IMG/VR virus record: IMGVR_UViG_3300027533_000035
Coordinates: 1 to 48,384 of that record
Strand: one strand, 5' to 3'
From: a virus
Taxonomy: Duplodnaviria; Caudoviricetes
Length of the DNA: 48,384 nt
Numbering within the stretch: the stretch's first letter is position 1; each line of letters opens with the position of its first letter. The notes below the pieces were generated by a model, which was given only the letters and a program-made list of their open reading frames with translations, made no database searches and had not been told where the DNA came from. Below are positions 43,296 through 48,384 of this stretch, piece by piece. The translations under genes and the position numbers were made by a program.

Positions 43296-43567
43296 TGCCG
43301 CTTACGCTGTTCTATCGTCCGGGGAAAGCGCCGAACGCGCAGGAGCGCGAGACGAAGGAGATTGTGCTTTTTCTGGAGCGGGAGCTGAACAGCATTTCGC
43401 AAGCATTTAACGAAAGCTCCCATATCCGGCTGAGGGAGCTTCATGCGGAGCCAGAGCGCCCCCGAGATGGTATGTTGGTGTACGCGGACGGCAGTAATTG
43501 GAACCCGGGCTTCGGCGAAGGCCCGTATGCGAGAGTAGGTGGACTGTGGAAAAAGCTATTCCCTTGA
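43295..43567 (+). CDS. Small tail-associated protein
   Basis: FLERELNSISQA...PERPRDGMLVYADG.NWNPG.G.G.Y. Confidence 0.6.
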   Translation: MPLTLFYRPGKAPNAQERETKEIVLFLERELNSISQAFNESSHIRLRELHAEPERPRDGMLVYADGSNWNPGFGEGPYARVGGLWKKLFP

Positions 43568-43596
43568 CGGCGGTGCCCCCGGCTCGGAGAGGCCGA

Positions 43597-44034
43597 ATGG
43601 CGGAGATCTTCCTGCTCAGCGATGTGCAGTTCGATCACTATTGGCCGGACATCGAGAAACTGCTCGATCTGGACCCCAGCCTCTGGGAGCGCTTTAACAC
43701 TAAGGAGTCCATCTATGAGAGGATCATGGATGGGCAGTATCAGGTTTGGGCCGTCTGCAATGAGGGCGGGGCGATTACGACGGTGTTCTTCTCGGAGGTC
43801 ACGCAGTACGATGATAGGCGGGATCTGCATCTCTGGTGGTCGTATGGGGTGGGGGCGCTGCACGCTCCCGAGTGTGTGGATGCGGCGGTCGAGACGTTCG
43901 CGCGGCATCACGGTTGCGAGGCACTCGTAATAACGGGCCGCAAGGGTTGGGAGAGGGCGTTGCGCCCGCTCGGATGGCGGTTCGATTCGATCGTCTTGCG
44001 GAAGCCGGTCGATCCAGTTGAGAGGAGGAATTGA
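43597..44034 (+). CDS. GNAT-like virion assembly protein
   Basis: FARHHGCEALVITGRKGWERAL...GW pattern; precedes the ejection genes. Confidence 0.55.
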   Translation: MAEIFLLSDVQFDHYWPDIEKLLDLDPSLWERFNTKESIYERIMDGQYQVWAVCNEGGAITTVFFSEVTQYDDRRDLHLWWSYGVGALHAPECVDAAVETFARHHGCEALVITGRKGWERALRPLGWRFDSIVLRKPVDPVERRN

Positions 44035-45047
44035 TGGGTGGTGGTAGCAGCAAGCCGGTCACGACCACGAACGTCACCAAGACGGATCTGTCGCCGGAGC
44101 AGACGGAGCTGCTTGGGCTGGCGATGCCCCATCTGCGAGAGTTCAGCGCGAACCCGCCCCAGCTCCCCTCGTTCAGCAATGTGGCGGGATTTGACCCCCA
44201 GCAGACGGCGGGGCAGGAGCAGGTGCTCCAGGCGGCGCAGGGGTACAGCGGAGCGCTCACGAACGCGCAGGGGGCTTATGAGGCGGCAGCGCCGCAGCTC
44301 GATCAGACGGGACAGCAAGCTTCCCAGACCTATAACACGCTGACGAGCGGCGAACTGCTTAATCCGAACAGCAATCCCGCGCTTCGCGCACACATGGATA
44401 GTGCTGTTTCGAGCGCCGCCCAACCGCTCTATCAGGGCCTCACGGAGAGCATTCTGCCGAACATTCGCGGAAGTGCCGTGACCACCGGCTACGGCGGAAG
44501 CCGGCAGGGGATCGCCGAAGGCCTCGCGGCGGGCAGGACGGCGCAGGAGGTGGGACGGCAAGGGCAGGGGATCGTAACCAGCCTCGCGGACGCCGGTTAT
44601 GGGCGCGGTCTGGATGCGATGGGGAAGGCACTCGGTTTGACCTCTCAGGTGCAGGGAGCCCAGACGGCGGGTGCGGATGCCATGAAGACGGCCGCGGGCC
44701 TCGCGGGCGAGCAGGTCAATCCGGCCCTCTGGACGAGCGGGGTGGGTGATGTGCGGCAGGCGCTCAGTCAGGCGCAGCTTCAGGAACAGACGGATCGTTT
44801 CAACTACGCGCAGCAGCTTCCGCTGTTGATGGGGAAGGAGCTGGCGAGCCTCGTCGGCGGCATCCCGGGAGCGGGTTCGACCGTCACCGGCACGGGACCG
44901 CCCGCTGCGAGGCCGAACGCGATTATGAGCGGCCTCGGAGGTGCGGCAGCGGGGGCCCAAATCGGCAGCGTCATTCCGGGGCTCGGAACGGGTATCGGGG
45001 CGCTCTTGGGCGGCGGGCTTGGGCTGGTCGGAAGCAGGATCGGGTAG
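44031..45047 (+). CDS. DNA ejection/pilot protein
   Basis: MGGGSS..T start; GYGGSRQGIA; Q/A/G-rich; C-terminal glycine zipper. Confidence 0.7.
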   Translation: MMGGGSSKPVTTTNVTKTDLSPEQTELLGLAMPHLREFSANPPQLPSFSNVAGFDPQQTAGQEQVLQAAQGYSGALTNAQGAYEAAAPQLDQTGQQASQTYNTLTSGELLNPNSNPALRAHMDSAVSSAAQPLYQGLTESILPNIRGSAVTTGYGGSRQGIAEGLAAGRTAQEVGRQGQGIVTSLADAGYGRGLDAMGKALGLTSQVQGAQTAGADAMKTAAGLAGEQVNPALWTSGVGDVRQALSQAQLQEQTDRFNYAQQLPLLMGKELASLVGGIPGAGSTVTGTGPPAARPNAIMSGLGGAAAGAQIGSVIPGLGTGIGALLGGGLGLVGSRIG

Positions 45048-45056
45048 GAGGCGGAA

Positions 45057-45776
45057 ATGGCAGAGGAAGGTTTTGGAGGCTTCGGCGACTGGTTCAACGC
45101 GATGAACCCGCAGGGGAATCCGCTCGAACTGGCGTCGATGTTGCAGCACGATCCGGAGGGGGTCATTCCAGCCCTCGTCCAGCAGGGCATCACGCCGCAG
45201 GATTTCGAGGGCCGGTTCGGTGCTGGCGCAGATTTCGGGACGGGGGGCGGGATGACGAGCGGGCAGCTTTTGAGCGGGAGTGGCGTGCTCCAGCGATACC
45301 CGCAGTTCGATGAAAGCCGAGCGCCCGCAGGGGGGTTGGGAGCGGCTGCGCCGGGAGCCTCCGCGAGTGCGCCGCTCGTACCGACGCCAGTCCAGACGCT
45401 GAGCATTCCGCGCCCGGCTGCGGTGGGAGCGCCAGCTCCGGCGCAGGCAGCGGCGGAGGAGGGAGTGGCGGCACCGGGGGCGGTGGCGACGAAACCGACC
45501 GCCGAGTATGGCGTCGCGGGAGGGCAGGTTGGGCCCCCGAATCCGGCGGACAGCGCGCAGGCGCAAGCCGAAAAGAAGCAGGTAGCGGATCTGGTGAAGC
45601 TGCTCTCGGGCGTGAAGGCGCCTCCGGCCCCGGTCGTCCAGATGCCGAGGCCGGGGACAGCCGGGCCTCCGGCCTTGCGGCCTATCAATCAGGAGAGCGC
45701 AATATCCGCGCTCCTTCAGCGCGCGCTCGGTGGGCAGCGGGGTGCGCCTTCGCTTTCGTCAGTCGTTAGGAGGTAA
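45057..45776 (+). CDS. Putative internal virion/ejection protein
   Basis: RBS AGGAGG; A/P/G-rich; lies between ejection genes. Confidence 0.6.
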   Translation: MAEEGFGGFGDWFNAMNPQGNPLELASMLQHDPEGVIPALVQQGITPQDFEGRFGAGADFGTGGGMTSGQLLSGSGVLQRYPQFDESRAPAGGLGAAAPGASASAPLVPTPVQTLSIPRPAAVGAPAPAQAAAEEGVAAPGAVATKPTAEYGVAGGQVGPPNPADSAQAQAEKKQVADLVKLLSGVKAPPAPVVQMPRPGTAGPPALRPINQESAISALLQRALGGQRGAPSLSSVVRR

Positions 45777-45778
45777 CA

Positions 45779-46783
45779 ATGGCACTCGGCGACGATCCGT
45801 ATGCGGCACCAGTCGCCGAGGGCGACATTCAGCAGGCGGAAGCGCCCGATATTTCGGGACTGGCGGGAGAGTGGAGGGATTGGATGGCGGAGCCGGGGAA
45901 CCGGCAGGCGATCATGCAGTTCGGAATCAACCTCATGCAGCCCGTGGCGCAGGGGCAGAGTGCGGCGGGACACTTCGGGCAGGCGATTGGCGGAGCCGGA
46001 GAGGCGGTTGATCGGTGGCAGACGACGGAACTTCGCGAACGCGAGCAGTCGCGGAAGGAGAGCGATACGGAGCAAAAGCACGAGATTAACTACTACAAGG
46101 CGCAGTCGGCGCAGGTGACGGCGGAGGCGGCGGCACAGAGGGCGGCGACGCAGAAGGCGATTTCGGCGCACCGGATGGATGCTCTGGAGGCGCAGATACG
46201 CGAACGGAACGCTCGCGTAGAGGAGATTAAGGCGAAGCTGGCGGCGAGGCCCGATCCGGAGACGGCGAAGAGGCTCGCCACGGAGCTGATGCAGGCGGAT
46301 ATTGAGCTGAAGCGGGCGACGTCGGAACACAGGCAGGAGCAGAAGAATGCCATCATTCCCGGCCTCAACATTCAGCAGCAGAGGGCGAACACGGCGGAGG
46401 CAGCGCAGCAGACGACTGCGCGGCAGGGAGACCGCGCTGCCGATCAGCGGGATCAGGGGCTCGCTCTGCGAGCCCAGGAGCTGGCGGCGAAGCAGCGGGT
46501 GTGGACGGATGCGACTCCCGCGAAGCGGATCGAGCTTTATCAGAAATACGTCGATGGCGAGAGCATGTGGGGACGGAAGCCGCTCTCGCGGGAGCAGTGG
46601 ATGGCTCGAGAGGGCCTCTCGGATGCGGGCACGGGGGCGAAGCCGCCCCCCACAGGAGGCGGCGGAGGTGGTCCGACGGCACAGCAGCCTCGGATGACGA
46701 AGCCGGACGGCACCGTAATGCAGTACAATCCGGCGAAGGGTCCGAAGTCGGACGAGAACTCTTGGGACCCGGTTCCTAAATGA
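45779..46783 (+). CDS. Putative internal virion/ejection protein
   Basis: RBS AGGAGG; coiled-coil, Q/A/R-rich. Confidence 0.65.
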   Translation: MALGDDPYAAPVAEGDIQQAEAPDISGLAGEWRDWMAEPGNRQAIMQFGINLMQPVAQGQSAAGHFGQAIGGAGEAVDRWQTTELREREQSRKESDTEQKHEINYYKAQSAQVTAEAAAQRAATQKAISAHRMDALEAQIRERNARVEEIKAKLAARPDPETAKRLATELMQADIELKRATSEHRQEQKNAIIPGLNIQQQRANTAEAAQQTTARQGDRAADQRDQGLALRAQELAAKQRVWTDATPAKRIELYQKYVDGESMWGRKPLSREQWMAREGLSDAGTGAKPPPTGGGGGGPTAQQPRMTKPDGTVMQYNPAKGPKSDENSWDPVPK

Positions 46784-48384
46784 GCGATCAATATCCAGCA
46801 GGATGGACGAAGGTGGAGGACGAAGGTCCGCCCGGCTGGGCTCCCATTCCGCAGGAGGCTGCGAGCGACGAAGGGCCGCCGGGATGGACGGCTGCGCCCC
46901 CGCCCACCTATACGCTCGGAGAGAAGGTGGTAGCTGGTGGAAAGGAGCTTGCGTACGGCAGCACGATGGCGTGGAGCCAGGGGCTGAAGGGGATGGGCCT
47001 TCTCGAAGCTGCCCCCGTCCAGCAAGAGCTGCGCGACCACTTAGCCGAGCAGGAGCTTCAGCGGCTCGTGAGTCCGGAGGACAGCATCCCGCCTGAGGCA
47101 TTTCGGGCGGTGGGTGCGAAGGACATTCGGGCGACTAAGAGCTATCAGCGGGGGGTCGAGCTGGAGGAAGGCGCCGCCAAGAGTATCGGTATTCAGGAAG
47201 GAGTGATACCGGATCTCGCGCGCGATGTTCTGCGAGGTGTTGGGCAGGTTGGGACGAATATCGGGATGGGGCTGATTCCGGTGGTGGGGGTGCCTGCGGC
47301 GCTCACAATGGGCGTTCTGGGCGGCATCGGGGAGGCCGGAGAGACGGCTGCTAAGAAGGGCGCGAGCCCGGATGAGCAGCAGGCGATGATGAAGTGGGGG
47401 ACGGCAGCGGGCGCGAGCGAGCTGGCCGATAATCTCATTCCCCGGCTGGGGACGATAGGGCAGGGGTTCACGCTGGCGAGGCGGATATTGGCGAAGGCGG
47501 GCACGTCGGCGGGGATTGAGGGCATTCAGGAGGGGTTCCAGCAGTGGGTGCAGAACCTGGGCGCTCGGGTCGAATATGACCCCAACCAGAGCATCAGTCC
47601 GTTCGATAAGGAAGTGCTCTACAATGCCCTCGTGGGCTTCCTGACGGGAGGCATCGTGGGGCCGATTGCGGCAGGGAGACGGGCTAAGCCCGCGCCAGCC
47701 CAGCCGGGAGAGGAGGTGCAGCCGGATGCGGGGGCTCCGACGCAACCGGGGGCTCCTGCTGCTCCCGCGGAGCCTCCCGCGCCTGCCGCTCCGGTCGGGC
47801 CGGTTGAGGGGCCCCAGCAGCTTCCGCCCGCGCAGCCGGTTCCGGAAGCGCCCGCGGTGCCGATGAGCGCGGCCCCTTCGGGGCCAGACCCGCACACGAT
47901 GGAGGTGCTGCAAGGACAGCGGTTCGAGCTGCAAAAACAGCTCATGGTCGCAGAATCCATCGACGATAATGTGGCCGCGGAGGCGCTCGAGATGCAGATT
48001 GCTGCGGTTGGGCAGCAGCTTCGCTCGCTTCGCGAAGGGGCCGGCGATCCCCTCGTAGAGGCGGCAGATCTGGCGCGGTTGCCGCTCCGCGAGGCGCTTG
48101 AACGGAGTGCGGCGGAGGCGGGGCCGCTGGCGAGTGGAACAGAGGAAGGGCCGGAACGGATCATCCACGCTGCCGTCCGGCGGGGCAGCGAGGTGAGTAT
48201 TGGGCAGACCCACCCGGACGCCATTTATGATGCCGTCGAGCGGAGCGGCGGTTCGATTGACGCTATGACGGATGCCGATTACGCCGCTTATGAGAACGGC
48301 TTCCTGACGAACACGGGGAGGTTCGTTACGCGGCAGGAGGCGGATGAGATTGCGCGGGAGCAGGGGCAGCTCGACAGCGATTTC
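46780..48384 (+). CDS. N-terminal 535 codons of the giant virion protein (continues at base 1)
   Basis: ATG 46780 overlaps the upstream TGA (ATGA). The frame is open to the last base (exactly 535 codons) by hand translation: MSDQYPAGW...EGIQEGFQQWVQN...GFLTNTGRFVTRQEA...DSDF. Confidence 0.8.
   Translation, partial: MSDQYPAGWTKVEDEGPPGWAPIPQEAASDEGPPGWTAAPPPTYTLGEKVVAGGKELAYGSTMAWSQGLKGMGLLEAAPVQQELRDHLAEQELQRLVSPEDSIPPEAFRAVGAKDIRATKSYQRGVELEEGAAKSIGIQEGVIPDLARDVLRGVGQVGTNIGMGLIPVVGVPAALTMGVLGGIGEAGETAAKKGASPDEQQAMMKWGTAAGASELADNLIPRLGTIGQGFTLARRILAKAGTSAGIEGIQEGFQQWVQNLGARVEYDPNQSISPFDKEVLYNALVGFLTGGIVGPIAAGRRAKPAPAQPGEEVQPDAGAPTQPGAPAAPAEPPAPAAPVGPVEGPQQLPPAQPVPEAPAVPMSAAPSGPDPHTMEVLQGQRFELQKQLMVAESIDDNVAAEALEMQIAAVGQQLRSLREGAGDPLVEAADLARLPLREALERSAAEAGPLASGTEEGPERIIHAAVRRGSEVSIGQTHPDAIYDAVERSGGSIDAMTDADYAAYENGFLTNTGRFVTRQEADEIAREQGQLDSDF

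Overview
The window looks like a complete, circularly permuted ~48.4 kb tailed phage genome, podovirus-like and probably lytic (no integrase, RNA polymerase, tRNA or CRISPR array seen). The ORF at the right edge (46780-48384) runs in frame into the ORF at the left edge (1-5886), giving one ~2,496-aa virion/ejection protein. The minus-strand arm (~5.9-23.2 kb) carries early and replication genes: vWA protein, RHH-like regulator, PD-(D/E)XK nuclease, Sak4-like ATPase, SSB-like protein, ParB-methyltransferase fusion, two exported proteins with VPGP..GAGLP sorting tails, a UDG-exonuclease-PolA gene that is split, dUTPase and a P-loop helicase-like protein. The plus-strand arm (23.7 kb to the end) carries receptor-binding/decoration genes, terminase, portal, scaffold, capsid, tail, lysis and ejection genes. 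An alphaproteobacterial (Hyphomicrobiales-like) host is inferred, not shown. Four observations stand out. (1) PolA is cut between conserved motifs by two inserted genes, and its C-terminal half may be reached by a prfB-like CTT-TAA +1 frameshift from dUTPase. (2) Several unrelated early proteins share a C-terminal [ILM]-D-x-L-A tag. (3) The phage encodes exosortase-type surface proteins. (4) A family of GGGCGGT-based intergenic palindromes recurs across the genome. All family assignments come from motifs recognised by eye; no database searches were run.
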